A DNA stretch of 32,000 nt from Geobacter sulfurreducens PCA (lineage in GTDB: Bacteria > Desulfobacterota > Desulfuromonadia > Geobacterales > Geobacteraceae): contig NC_002939.5 in assembly GCF_000007985.2 (NCBI RefSeq), positions 1,650,001 to 1,682,000 on the forward strand, given 5' to 3'. Below are positions 16,430-25,640 of the stretch, piece after piece. The notes below the pieces were generated by a model. It did no database searches. It was not told the origin of the DNA and saw nothing but the letters and a program-made list of their open reading frames with translations. Position numbers and translations under genes: made by a program. The stretch's first letter is position 1; each line of letters opens with the position of its first letter.

Positions 16430-18835
16430 ATGATCGTTACGTACAACTGGCTCAAGGAATTTGTCGAATGTGATCTCTCTACTCAGGAGCTTGGCGACCT
16501 GCTTACCATGCTCGGCCTCGAAGTGGAGGGGGTACGCGAGGTCGGTGGCGGCCTCGACCAGGTAGTGGTCGCCGTGGTGGAGGAGCGCCGGAAGCATCCC
16601 AATGCGGACAAGCTTTCGCTCTGCAAGGTCAACAACGGCCGGGAGATCCTGGATATCGTCTGTGGAGCCCAGAACTTCACTGCCGGCGACAAGGTCGCCC
16701 TGGCCCAGATCGGGGCCGTGCTGCCTGGTGACTTCAAGATCAAGCGCTCCAAGATACGCGGCGAGGAGTCGTGCGGCATGCTCTGCTCCGAGCGCGAACT
16801 GGGGCTTTCCGCTGAATCGGAAGGGATCATGATCCTTCCGTCCGACCTGCCGCTCGGAGTTCCCCTGTTCGACGCCCTTGGCCTCAAGGACACGATCTTC
16901 GAGATCGGGCTCACTCCCAACCGTGCCGATTGTCTCAGTGTTATCGGGGTGGCACGGGAGATTGCGGCAAAGCTCGGGAAGCGGATTACCTATCCGGGAC
17001 ACGCGGTTGTCGAGTCCGGTGAGCCGGTGACGCAGAAGGCAACGGTCATTGTGGAGGATCCCGAACTCTGCCCGCGCTATACTGCCCGCTTTATCAGCGG
17101 ATGCTCCATCGGTCCCTCGCCGGCATGGCTGGTTCGGCGCCTTGAGGCGGTCGGAATGCGCTCCATCAACAACGTGGTCGACGTGACCAACTACGTCCTG
17201 ATGGAGTATGGGCATCCTTTGCACGCCTTTGATGCCGACCTGCTTGAGAACAGCACGATCGTTGTCCGTCGGGCAACGGACGGTGAGGTGTTTACCACCC
17301 TTGATGGTCAGCAGCGCACCCTCACCGCCGGCGACCTTACTATCCGTGACGGAGCGAGGAGTGTTGCCCTCGCTGGTATCATGGGGGGAGAGAATTCGGA
17401 AATCCGTGATACTACGACGAATATCCTGCTGGAGAGCGCTTACTTCAATCCCTCCGCCATCCGTCGTACCGCCAAGCGCCTGGGGCTCCACACCGAGTCG
17501 TCCCATCGTTTTGAGCGGGGGGCCGACGTGGCCATTGTGACCAGGGCCTTGGACCGGGCTGCCGCGCTTCTGGCCGAACTGGCCGGCGGGACTGTTGCCG
17601 CGGGGATTATCGACGTTTATCCCACGCCTGTTTCCCATCGGACGATCCGGTTCAGGGTGGACCGCTGTAATGCCCTTCTCGGGGTCGAGCTCTCCGCCAA
17701 CGAAATGAAGGCACTGTTTCATCACCTGGAATTTACCACAGTCACGGTTGAGCCCGGCATAATCGATGTGACGGTCCCGACATTCAGGGTGGACCTGGAG
17801 CGCGAGATCGACCTGGTGGAGGAGGTTGCGCGGCTAAACGGCTATGACCGGATTGAAACGACCATGCCGCGAGCCCGTGTCTTTTCCGATCGCCCCACAA
17901 AGCACCAGCGCATGGAGAGGCGGTGTCGCGATCTGATGGTGGGGCAGGGGTTCAATGAAGTCATAACCTTCAGCTTCATGGCGCCGGGCGCCCTTGACCG
18001 CATGATGCTCGGCCCTGAGGATGGCCGGCGTAGCGTGGTGGCGCTCAGGAATCCACTGGTGGACGAGCAGGCGGTCATGCGGACGACGCTGCTTCCCGGG
18101 CTCTTGGAGGCCGCTTCCCGCAACCTGAATTACCGCAGTCTCGACCTGCGTCTCTTTGAGCTGCGGCGCGTGTATCTGCGGGTGGAAGGGGAGCAGCTCC
18201 CCAATGAGCCACTGGTCCTTGCCGGGCTCATGACCGGCAGACGCTACCCTGAAGGGTGGAACCAGGAAAAGCATCCTCTTGATTTCTATGATGTGAAGGG
18301 CGTTGTGGAGGCGGTTCTCGACGCATTTTCGGTCAGCGGCGCGAGCTATTCGTCTGACGACACCGATGTCTTTTACCATCCCGGCAAATCGTGCACGGTC
18401 AAGTGCGGCGATTTGATCCTGGGCTCTCTCGGCGAACTCCATCCCGATGTGCAGGACAACTTCGGGATCGATCAGCCGGTATTCTACTTCGAGCTTAATT
18501 TCGAGCGGCTCCTGTCCGCAGCGCGCGCCGCCTCGGCCGTTGTCCCGCCGTCACGCTTCCCGGACACGTTCAGGGATATTGCCATACTTGTGGCCGATGA
18601 GACGCCGGCTGCGGACATTGTCCGGTGCATCGACGGGCTGCGTATCCGGGAAATCGAAAGTGCTGCAGTGTTTGACCTCTACAAAGGTGTCCACGTTCCC
18701 GAAGGGAAGAAGAGCATCGCGGTGCGGGTTCGCTATCGTTCCACAGAGAAAACCCTGAGCGATGACGAGGTTTCACCGCTGCACCAGAAGGTCGTTGACA
18801 GCCTTGTCGCGAAGCTCGGAGCGACGATTCGTTAA
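16430..18835 (+). CDS. pheT: Phenylalanine--tRNA ligase beta subunit
   Basis: The product is 801 aa. It starts MIVTYNWLKEF... and has the tRNA-binding domain (HPNADKLSLCKV) plus B3/4, B5 and FDX-ACB-type C-terminal regions in the usual order. Confidence 0.97.
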   Translation: MIVTYNWLKEFVECDLSTQELGDLLTMLGLEVEGVREVGGGLDQVVVAVVEERRKHPNADKLSLCKVNNGREILDIVCGAQNFTAGDKVALAQIGAVLPGDFKIKRSKIRGEESCGMLCSERELGLSAESEGIMILPSDLPLGVPLFDALGLKDTIFEIGLTPNRADCLSVIGVAREIAAKLGKRITYPGHAVVESGEPVTQKATVIVEDPELCPRYTARFISGCSIGPSPAWLVRRLEAVGMRSINNVVDVTNYVLMEYGHPLHAFDADLLENSTIVVRRATDGEVFTTLDGQQRTLTAGDLTIRDGARSVALAGIMGGENSEIRDTTTNILLESAYFNPSAIRRTAKRLGLHTESSHRFERGADVAIVTRALDRAAALLAELAGGTVAAGIIDVYPTPVSHRTIRFRVDRCNALLGVELSANEMKALFHHLEFTTVTVEPGIIDVTVPTFRVDLEREIDLVEEVARLNGYDRIETTMPRARVFSDRPTKHQRMERRCRDLMVGQGFNEVITFSFMAPGALDRMMLGPEDGRRSVVALRNPLVDEQAVMRTTLLPGLLEAASRNLNYRSLDLRLFELRRVYLRVEGEQLPNEPLVLAGLMTGRRYPEGWNQEKHPLDFYDVKGVVEAVLDAFSVSGASYSSDDTDVFYHPGKSCTVKCGDLILGSLGELHPDVQDNFGIDQPVFYFELNFERLLSAARAASAVVPPSRFPDTFRDIAILVADETPAADIVRCIDGLRIREIESAAVFDLYKGVHVPEGKKSIAVRVRYRSTEKTLSDDEVSPLHQKVVDSLVAKLGATIR

Positions 18836-18842
18836 AAACTGG

Positions 18843-18871
18843 TTGATTCTGCCGAATCGCTGTGATATAAA
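18843..18871 (+). promoter_or_regulatory. Putative sigma70-type promoter for ihfA
   Basis: TTGATT (18843-18848), a 17-nt spacer, then TATAAA (18866-18871). This is about 60 nt upstream of the ihfA ATG. Confidence 0.5.
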
Positions 18872-18929
18872 ACCAGAGCTTCAGTTGGCCGGATAGTGGC
18901 TAGATTATGCAATAATTTTGAGGGAGTAT

Positions 18930-19205
18930 ATGACGAAGGCCGATATTGTCGAGCAGATATACGAGAAGATTGGTTTCTCCAAGAAAGAGTCCGCTGAACT
19001 GGTCGAACGCGTGTTCGGTCTGATCAAGGAAACCCTTGAGCGTGGGGAAAAGATCAAGATCGCCGGCTTCGGCAATTTCGTGGTCAAGGATAAGGCCGAT
19101 CGTCGTGGCCGCAATCCGCAAACCGGTGACGAGATCATTATCTCTGCCCGTAAAATCCTTACCTTTAAGCCGAGCCAGGTTCTCAAGTCCTCGATTAACA
19201 CCTAG
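18930..19205 (+). CDS. ihfA: Integration host factor subunit alpha
   Basis: MTKADIVEQIYEKIGFSKKESAELVE...GFGNFVVKDKADRRGRNPQTGDEIIISARKILTFKPS is HU/IHF family with IHF-alpha-type sequence. It sits directly after pheT, as in E. coli. The SD GAGGGA precedes ATG 18930. Confidence 0.92.
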   Translation: MTKADIVEQIYEKIGFSKKESAELVERVFGLIKETLERGEKIKIAGFGNFVVKDKADRRGRNPQTGDEIIISARKILTFKPSQVLKSSINT

Positions 19206-19222
19206 GACGCTTCGCCGGAGGC

Positions 19223-19576
19223 ATGGTGGCGGAGGAGACCCCGGACAAGCAGTACTACCGCATCGGCGAAGTATCCCGGATTACCTCTCTCAAGCCGTCG
19301 GTTCTCCGTTTCTGGGAAGCCGAGTTCAAGGAGTTGCGGCCTCCCAAAAGCAGGACGGGCCAGAGACTCTACTCGCGGAAGGATATTGAGCTACTGCTGG
19401 AGATTAAGCGACTGCTCTATGGTGAAAAGCTGACCATTGACGGTGCACGAAAGCGTTTGGCTACGGGGAAGGGGCAGAGGCTAGCAGGAGAACCCCCGGG
19501 GCAGGATCAAGCCCTTAAAGAGATCCTTCTCTCGGTCAAGCATGAGTTGGAATTGCTGAAAAAACAACTGCAATAG
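19223..19576 (+). CDS. MerR-family transcriptional regulator (short, no obvious effector domain)
   Basis: YYRIGEVSRITSLKPSVLRFWEAEFKELRPPKSRTGQRLYSRKDIELLLEIKRLL is a MerR-type winged HTH. It is followed by a helical, coiled-coil-like tail. Total length is 117 aa. Confidence 0.85.
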   Translation: MVAEETPDKQYYRIGEVSRITSLKPSVLRFWEAEFKELRPPKSRTGQRLYSRKDIELLLEIKRLLYGEKLTIDGARKRLATGKGQRLAGEPPGQDQALKEILLSVKHELELLKKQLQ

Positions 19577-19581
19577 CACGT

Positions 19582-19661
<80 letters not shown>

Positions 19662-19666
19662 TTTAC

Positions 19667-19701
19667 AGGGGGTTACGAGATATATTTCGTAACCCCCTTT
19701 T
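19667..19701 (+). terminator. Rho-independent terminator after tRNA-Pro
   Basis: A perfect 12-bp stem AGGGGGTTACGA / TCGTAACCCCCT is followed by TTTG. Confidence 0.8.
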
Positions 19702-19761
19702 GCGTATCGTCCGCCGGAAGCGAAGGTCCCGCCGGCATGCATCCGGAGGCAAGGAGGCGCC

Positions 19762-20550
19762 ATGAATATTCTCGTTACCAATGATGATGGTGTTCACGCC
19801 CCGGGAATTGTGGCTCTGGCCGAGGCCCTCAGACTCGTGGGCACAGTTACCGTGGTAGCTCCCGACCGTGAGCGAAGCGCGGTGGGCCATGCCCTTACGC
19901 TCCATCACCCACTCAGGGTTACGGAGATCATGGCAGGTATCTTTGCCGTTGATGGAACCCCCACCGACTGCGTAAATCTCGGAATTCACACCCTTCTGGC
20001 CGAAGCGCCCGATATCGTGGTGTCCGGCGTCAATCGCGGCGGGAACCTGGGCGACGACATTACGTACTCCGGGACCGTCTCCGCAGCCTTGGAGGCGACC
20101 CTCATGGGAATTCCCGCCATTGCCGTTTCTCTTGCAACAAACGGACATGGGAGCAACTACCGCGCGGCGGCTGCCTTTGCAGCACAGCTGGCAAGGGAAG
20201 TGCTCGACCGGGGCCTCCCCCGGGATACGTTCCTGAATGTCAATGTCCCCGACCTGCCTGCCGAAGAGCTTGGTGGTCCGGTTATAACTTCGCAGGGAAA
20301 GCGTGATTACGGTGGTGACATCGTTACCAAGGTAGATCCGCGCGGCAGGAACTACTACTGGATCGGCGGCAACGAGCCGGTCTTTCGCGATATCGAGGGA
20401 ACCGACTTTCACGCCGTCAAGCGCGGCAGGATCTCGGTTACCCCGCTTCACCTGGATCTGACGAATTACGCATCGCTCTCGATTTTGCAGTCGTGGGACC
20501 TTTCGGCATGCCGCCCGGAGGCTGGACAGCCGTCGGGAGCTCTGCTATAG
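19762..20550 (+). CDS. surE: 5'/3'-nucleotidase SurE
   Basis: MNILVTNDDGVHAPGI..., GTPTDCV and SGVNRGGNLGDDITYSGTV are SurE hallmarks. The SD AAGGAGG lies upstream. Confidence 0.95.
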   Translation: MNILVTNDDGVHAPGIVALAEALRLVGTVTVVAPDRERSAVGHALTLHHPLRVTEIMAGIFAVDGTPTDCVNLGIHTLLAEAPDIVVSGVNRGGNLGDDITYSGTVSAALEATLMGIPAIAVSLATNGHGSNYRAAAAFAAQLAREVLDRGLPRDTFLNVNVPDLPAEELGGPVITSQGKRDYGGDIVTKVDPRGRNYYWIGGNEPVFRDIEGTDFHAVKRGRISVTPLHLDLTNYASLSILQSWDLSACRPEAGQPSGALL

Positions 20551-20577
20551 TCGCGTTTCCACCAACAGGGGCATGTT

Positions 20578-21228
20578 ATGAACTTTGAAATTGCACGCAA
20601 ACGGATGGTCGAATCCCAGATCATCGCGCGAGGCGTCTCGGACCGGCGGGTGATCGAGGCGATGCTGAAAGTGCCCCGCCACGTCTTTGTAGAAGAGGCC
20701 ATGGCCGCCCAGGCCTACAGCGACACACCGCTGCCCATCGGCGAAAAACAGACCATCTCCCAGCCTTACATGGTCGCCCTGATGACCGAACTCCTGGAGT
20801 TGAAAGGGAAGGAAAAGGTTCTGGAAATCGGTACCGGCTCAGGGTACCAGGCCGCTATCCTGGCAGTCATGGCCGACCGGGTCTACACGGTGGAGCGCAT
20901 TCGTCCGCTTGCGTTGCGGGCGCGCAAGGCCCTCGACAGCCTGGGCCTACTCAATGTCAATATCAAGATGTCCGACGGCACGGTTGGCTGGGAAGACGAG
21001 GCTCCCTTCGACGCCATCATTGTGACCGCCGGAGCCCCGGATATCCCGCAACAGTACATCGACCAGCTCAAGCCCGGCGGGAGGCTTGTCATCCCGGTGG
21101 GGACCCAGTTCGAACAGGTGCTCGTCAGGGTGGTCAAGCAGGAGGACGGTTCGGTCGAGCGGGAGAACATCACGGGATGCAGGTTCGTCAAACTGGTGGG
21201 CAAATTCGGTTGGAGCAGCGATGACTAA
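20578..21228 (+). CDS. pcm: Protein-L-isoaspartate O-methyltransferase
   Basis: [38 protein letters not shown] and GGRLVIPVG are Pcm signatures. The gene follows surE, as in E. coli. Confidence 0.95.
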
Positions 21229-21260
21229 GCGCCGCCGGGCGCTTTGCGACGGAGATCTCC

Positions 21261-22247
21261 ATGAGCGACATGAACGAACTGGATGAGAAAGAGCTGGATG
21301 CTCCGGATGAGCCCGGCGAGGACTTCATTGAGCCCGAGCCGACGACCTTTGAGCTGGAGGCGGCCGAGGAAGAGGAAGAGCCCGAGGAGCCCGCTGAGGT
21401 CGGCAAGAACATAGAGCAGGAGCACTTCGACGATGCAATCAAGCTCTATTTGCGCGAGATTCAGCGGACGCGGCTGCTGACCGCCGATGAGGAAAAAGAG
21501 CTGGCCGGCCGTATCGCCAAGGGTGACAAGGCTGCCCGGGATAAGATGATCGAGTCGAATCTGCGGCTCGTGGTCAAGATTGCCAAGCGGTACATCAATC
21601 GGGGGCTCCCTTTTCTCGATCTGATCGAGGAGGGCAACATGGGGCTCATCAAGGCGGTGGAGCGCTTCAAGCTCTCGAAGGAGTGCCGTTTCTCCACCTA
21701 CGCCACCTGGTGGATCCGCCAATCCATCGAGCGCGCCCTCGTGAATCAGTCGCGGACGATCAGACTGCCGGTCCATGTCTCCGACGACATTAACAAGATG
21801 CTTAAGATCACGCGTGAACTGGTGCAGAGACTCAACCGCGAGCCGAGCGTGAAAGAAGTCGCCACCGAGATGAAGGTGAATTCCGCCTACGTCCGGCGGC
21901 TGATGGTCCTCCTCAAAAAGACCTACTCCATCGAGCGCCCCATGGGGGAGAACAGCGATTATTTTCTTATCGACACCATTGAGGATACGTCCACCGTCTC
22001 GCCGGCCGTGCTGCTTGAGGATCTCAACAAATACGAAATCGTGTCCAAGTGGTTTGCGTCCCTGTCTGAGAACGAGCAGACGATCCTCACGCTCCGCTTT
22101 GGCCTGGAGGACAAGGAGCCCCAGACCCTCGACACCATCGGTCGCAGCTTCGGCGTCACCCGTGAGCGTATCCGGCAGATCGAGGCCAAGTCTCTGGAAA
22201 AATTGAGAAAGTATATTGAGGAAAGCGATGGCAACGCCATCGATTGA
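21261..22247 (+). CDS. rpoS: RNA polymerase sigma factor, RpoS-like (group 2 sigma70 family)
   Basis: [63 protein letters not shown] and the region 4 block [20 protein letters not shown] are near-identical in pattern to E. coli RpoS. The gene sits after surE-pcm and has an acidic N-terminal tail. Confidence 0.85.
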   Translation: MSDMNELDEKELDAPDEPGEDFIEPEPTTFELEAAEEEEEPEEPAEVGKNIEQEHFDDAIKLYLREIQRTRLLTADEEKELAGRIAKGDKAARDKMIESNLRLVVKIAKRYINRGLPFLDLIEEGNMGLIKAVERFKLSKECRFSTYATWWIRQSIERALVNQSRTIRLPVHVSDDINKMLKITRELVQRLNREPSVKEVATEMKVNSAYVRRLMVLLKKTYSIERPMGENSDYFLIDTIEDTSTVSPAVLLEDLNKYEIVSKWFASLSENEQTILTLRFGLEDKEPQTLDTIGRSFGVTRERIRQIEAKSLEKLRKYIEESDGNAID

Positions 22248-22281
22248 GCCGGCTTGATGCCATCACGGAGGGGGAAGAAGC

Positions 22282-22797
22282 ATGGATGAGCTGAAAAACA
22301 TAATCCGCGACGTACCCGATTTCCCCAAAAAGGGGATCATCTTCAAGGACATTACCACGCTACTGGCGGACGCCCCGTCGTTCCAGCGTATGGTTGACCT
22401 GATCGCGCATCGCTATGTAGGGAAGAAGATCAGCAAGGTTGTTGTGGTGGAAGCCCGCGGATTCGTCATCGGCGCCGCCCTGGCTTACAAGCTGGGTGCC
22501 GGCGTGGTCCTGGTGCGCAAGCCGGGCAAACTCCCCTCAGAAACCTATAGCAAAACCTATCAGCTCGAATACGGCTCCGACACGCTGGAGATCCATACCG
22601 ACGCCATTGCCAAGGGAGAGCGGGTGATCATCGCCGACGACATCCTCGCCACCGGCGGTACCATGGCGGCGGTGGTCGACATGGTCGAGGCGCTGGGGGG
22701 AGAGATTGTCGAGTGCTGTTTTATGGCCGAGCTCGAATTCCTCGGGGGCAGAAAGAGGTTGCCCGAAGGAAAGGTTTACTCGCTTCTCACCTTCTAG
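22282..22797 (+). CDS. apt: Adenine phosphoribosyltransferase
   Basis: [21 protein letters not shown] and the PRPP motif [13 protein letters not shown]; 171 aa. Confidence 0.95.
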
Positions 22798-22815
22798 CAC
22801 CACCGGGGAAAGGGC

Positions 22816-22844
22816 TTGAAAATGCGCCCCGGATAGGCTATAAA
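22816..22844 (+). promoter_or_regulatory. Putative sigma70-type promoter for tRNA-Arg
   Basis: TTGAAA (22816-22821), a 17-nt spacer, then TATAAA (22839-22844). This is 12 nt upstream of the tRNA 5' end. Confidence 0.55.
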
Positions 22845-22856
22845 AAATTCTCTTTT

Positions 22857-22933
22857 GTCCCCGTAGCTCAGCAGGATAGAGCACTTCCCTCCTAAGGAAG
22901 GGGTCGGACGTTCGAATCGTCTCGGGGACGCCA
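22857..22933 (+). tRNA. tRNA-Arg (anticodon CCU)
   Basis: Hand-folded cloverleaf. Acceptor GTCCCCG/CGGGGAC, D stem GCTC/GAGC, anticodon stem CTTCC/GGAAG with loop CTCCTAA, T stem GGACG/CGTCT with loop TTCGAAT. CCA is encoded. Confidence 0.97.
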
Positions 22934-22942
22934 TACACAATG

Positions 22943-22979
22943 ATGGCCGATTTTACAATAAAATCGGCCATTTGTTTTT
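22943..22979 (+). terminator. Rho-independent terminator after tRNA-Arg
   Basis: A perfect 12-bp stem ATGGCCGATTTT / AAAATCGGCCAT with a 5-nt loop is followed by TTGTTTTT. Confidence 0.85.
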
Positions 22980-23144
22980 ACCGCCTTTATCCTCATGCCG
23001 TACGCTGATATTTCTTCTTTATTCCCGACAGGTTTCTAGGTTACAACACTAAGTCATGCGGGAAACACGTTTCAGGGCCGGCGACGTTTCCGCATGCCGC
23101 ACGCACGTGGGCGTGACCGGCCACCAACTGCCCATGGCCTGTGC

Positions 23145-23167
23145 CGGCAGGCCGAGCCTGCCGTTTT
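23145..23167 (+). terminator. Terminator/attenuator-like hairpin in the leader of the YhaM-family gene
   Basis: An 8-bp GC-rich stem CGGCAGGC / GCCTGCCG with loop CGA is followed by TTTT. It ends 28 nt before the ATG at 23195. Confidence 0.4.
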
Positions 23168-23194
23168 CAGACTTTCATCGACAGGGGACCACTG

Positions 23195-24484
23195 ATGAGC
23201 ATCTATCATGATGTGATAAAAAGCGAGGTATTTCCCGCTCTCGGCTGTACCGAGCCGATTGCCGTCGCCTATGCCGCAAGTCTGGCGGCGGAACGGCTCG
23301 GGGCCGAAGTTGAGACGGTTACCGCTTCGGTTGACCCCGGGGTGTTCAAGAATGGCTTCGCGGTGACTGTCCCCAAGACGGGGGGGCTGAAGGGAAACGT
23401 CATCGCCGCGGCGCTCGGTGCCCTCATTGCCCGGCCCGAGTTGAAGATGGAGATACTCTCCGGCGCTGACGAGCGACTTTTGGCGCAGGCCGAACTTCTG
23501 GTCTCCTCGGGCCGGGCTACCGTTGCCCTGGTCAAGGAGCGGACCGATCTGTACATCGATGTTGTGGTCACCGGGGGAGGGCGCACGGCCCGGGCCGTTC
23601 TGGAGGGGGGACATACCAACATTGTCCGGCTCGAATGCGACGGCAGGATTCTGCTGAATGCGGATGAGCCGGTTTCGGCTGTCGACAGCCATGCCTATCG
23701 GGCCGTGCTGCGGCAGATGACGTTTTCCGAAATGATCGGCTTGCTTGATGATCTCGATCAAGGGGATCTTGTCTATCTCAAGCGCGGCGTTGAGATGAAT
23801 CTGCGCATCGCCGAAGAGGGTAAGCAACTGACCAAGGTCGGCCATTATGTCGAGGAACTGGTGCGCAAGGGGTTTCTGCTTGCCGATGTCGTTTCGTCCA
23901 GCAAGATCCTTACCGCCTCCGCGTCGGATGCGCGCATGGCCGGGCTGCCATACCCCGTGATGTCGAGTGGCGGCAGCGGCAATCAGGGCATTGTCGCCAT
24001 TCTCGTCCCCTACAATGTCGGCATGTTCTTTCATGTGCCTGAAGAGACCATCCTGCGCAGCATAGCCCTTTCCCATCTGGTCAATGCCTATATCAAGTGC
24101 CATACCGGCGACCTGGCGCCCATCTGCGGCTGCGCCATCGCCGCCGGGGTAGGCGCCGCCGTGGCGATCGTCTATCAGCAGGCCGGACCGGATATGCACA
24201 AGATCGATCTGGCGGTCAATACCATCATCAGCGATATCGGTGGCATGCTGTGCGACGGTGCCAAGGGGGGCTGCGCCCTGAAGGTTGTCAGCTCGACTGA
24301 TGCTGCAATCCGTGCGGCATACATGGCCCTGAACGGGCATGGAATTTCCGAAGAAGAAGGGTTTGTCGGAAAGAGCGCCGAGGAAACCATACACAATCTG
24401 AGCCGCATCGCGGATAAAGGCATGGCGCTTGTGGACGATACCATGCTGTGCATCATGCTCCAGAAGCGCTCGACCGAACCTTGA
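23195..24484 (+). CDS. UPF0597 / YhaM (CyuA)-family protein, L-cysteine desulfidase-like
   Basis: EVFPALGCTEPIAVAYAAS, GGHTNIV, SASDARMAGLPYPVMSSGGSGNQGI and MLCDGAKGGCALKV parallel the conserved blocks of E. coli YhaM. I chose ATG 23195 (MSIYHDV...), which has CAGGGGA upstream; the track start at 23141 is an in-frame extension into the leader. Confidence 0.9.
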   Translation: MSIYHDVIKSEVFPALGCTEPIAVAYAASLAAERLGAEVETVTASVDPGVFKNGFAVTVPKTGGLKGNVIAAALGALIARPELKMEILSGADERLLAQAELLVSSGRATVALVKERTDLYIDVVVTGGGRTARAVLEGGHTNIVRLECDGRILLNADEPVSAVDSHAYRAVLRQMTFSEMIGLLDDLDQGDLVYLKRGVEMNLRIAEEGKQLTKVGHYVEELVRKGFLLADVVSSSKILTASASDARMAGLPYPVMSSGGSGNQGIVAILVPYNVGMFFHVPEETILRSIALSHLVNAYIKCHTGDLAPICGCAIAAGVGAAVAIVYQQAGPDMHKIDLAVNTIISDIGGMLCDGAKGGCALKVVSSTDAAIRAAYMALNGHGISEEEGFVGKSAEETIHNLSRIADKGMALVDDTMLCIMLQKRSTEP

Positions 24485-24725
24485 AAGGGATTCGGATGAC
24501 GAGCAGCAGACATGTGTCCATCTGATTTACATCAACCAACTGAACCTGCGGATCACCGGCTCTAAAGGATTCACAGGGGGTACCTGATGGTCGTTTGTAT
24601 TGCATTTGATGTCGCCGTGTTGTGGTTGTGTTGAGTTGTCCTTGCAATTGTTGTCTGTGATTGCATATTATTTGTTAATGCTAACGAGACTCTCCACACG
24701 GATGCACTGTCGGTGAAGGTGGTCT

Positions 24726-25628
24726 ATGGACATGTCAGGTAAACGTCGAATTTGTTATGTATGTCTCGGGGGGGTTTGGGCGTTCATCCTGTTCTTCGCC
24801 AGCCATGCGGCGGCTGTCGACCTGCAGGATATCAAGGCGAGAGGTGTTCTGCGGCATCTCGGCATTCCGTACGCGCATTTTGTTTCCGGGGACGGGGACG
24901 GGATGGACGTGGAACTGATGCGCAATTTCGCCGGGTACCTGGGCGTGCGCTACCAGTACGTGGAGACGGACTGGGATACGGTAATCGCCGATCTCACCGG
25001 GAACAAGGTGAAAGCCGTAGGAGATTCGGTGGAGATCCTGGGCGAGTCCCCGATGAGAGGGGACCTGGTCGCCAACGGGTTTACGATCCTGCCGTGGCGG
25101 AAGAAGGTGGTTGATTTCTCCCGTCCCACGTTCCCCAGTCAAATCTGGCTGGTGGCACGGGCCGACTCATCCCTGAAGCCGATCAAGCCGACCAACCGGA
25201 TCACCCGCGACATCGAGCAGACGAGGGCCCTGCTGAAGAATCGGAAGGTGCTCGCCCTGAAAAAGACCTGCCTCGACCCCGACCTTTACAACCTTTCGGA
25301 GACCGGAGCCAACGTAACATGCTTCACCGGCAAGCTTAACGAGCTTGCTCCCGCGGTCATCAAGGGCGAGGCGGAGGCAACGATCCTCGACGTCCCTGAT
25401 GCCCTCATCGCCCTTGAGAAGTGGCCCGGAAAACTGAAGATCATCGGCCCCATCTCGCCGCGGCAGGAAATGGCCGTTGCCTTTCCCAAGGAGTCTGTCC
25501 ACCTGAGAGAGGCGTTCAACAGATTCCTGCTCCAGTCACAGAAGGATGGAACATACGAACGGATCGTGCGGAAATACTATCCGACGGCCTTTGCCTTTTT
25601 CCCCGAGTTCTTCAAAAAGAGACAGTGA
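24726..25628 (+). CDS. Periplasmic solute-binding protein, family 3 (amino-acid-type SBP fold)
   Basis: The N-terminal signal peptide is RRICYVCLGGVWAFILFFASHAAA-VD. The SBP_bac_3-like core follows (IKARGVLRHLGIPYAHF, GMDVELMRNFAGYLGV, DLVANGFTILPWRKKVVDFSRP). Confidence 0.8.
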   Translation: MDMSGKRRICYVCLGGVWAFILFFASHAAAVDLQDIKARGVLRHLGIPYAHFVSGDGDGMDVELMRNFAGYLGVRYQYVETDWDTVIADLTGNKVKAVGDSVEILGESPMRGDLVANGFTILPWRKKVVDFSRPTFPSQIWLVARADSSLKPIKPTNRITRDIEQTRALLKNRKVLALKKTCLDPDLYNLSETGANVTCFTGKLNELAPAVIKGEAEATILDVPDALIALEKWPGKLKIIGPISPRQEMAVAFPKESVHLREAFNRFLLQSQKDGTYERIVRKYYPTAFAFFPEFFKKRQ

Positions 25629-25640
25629 CGAAGCGGCGTG

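Noticed and set aside
16403-17725. 440-aa minus-strand ORF antisense to pheT (and a similar 202-aa one at 17834-18442)
   Set aside because: These are shadow ORFs of a well-supported gene. They have low-complexity composition and no start context.
23072-24394. 440-aa minus-strand ORF antisense to the YhaM-family gene
   Set aside because: It is a shadow ORF. The plus-strand reading has the conserved UPF0597 blocks and the minus-strand translation is low complexity.
24588-24604. Possible sigma54 promoter TGGTCG-N6-TTGCA upstream of the SBP gene
   Set aside because: The GG-to-GC spacing is one nucleotide longer than the strict TGGCAC-N5-TTGC geometry, and the -24 element is poor. The other two TTGCA motifs have no GG at the right distance.
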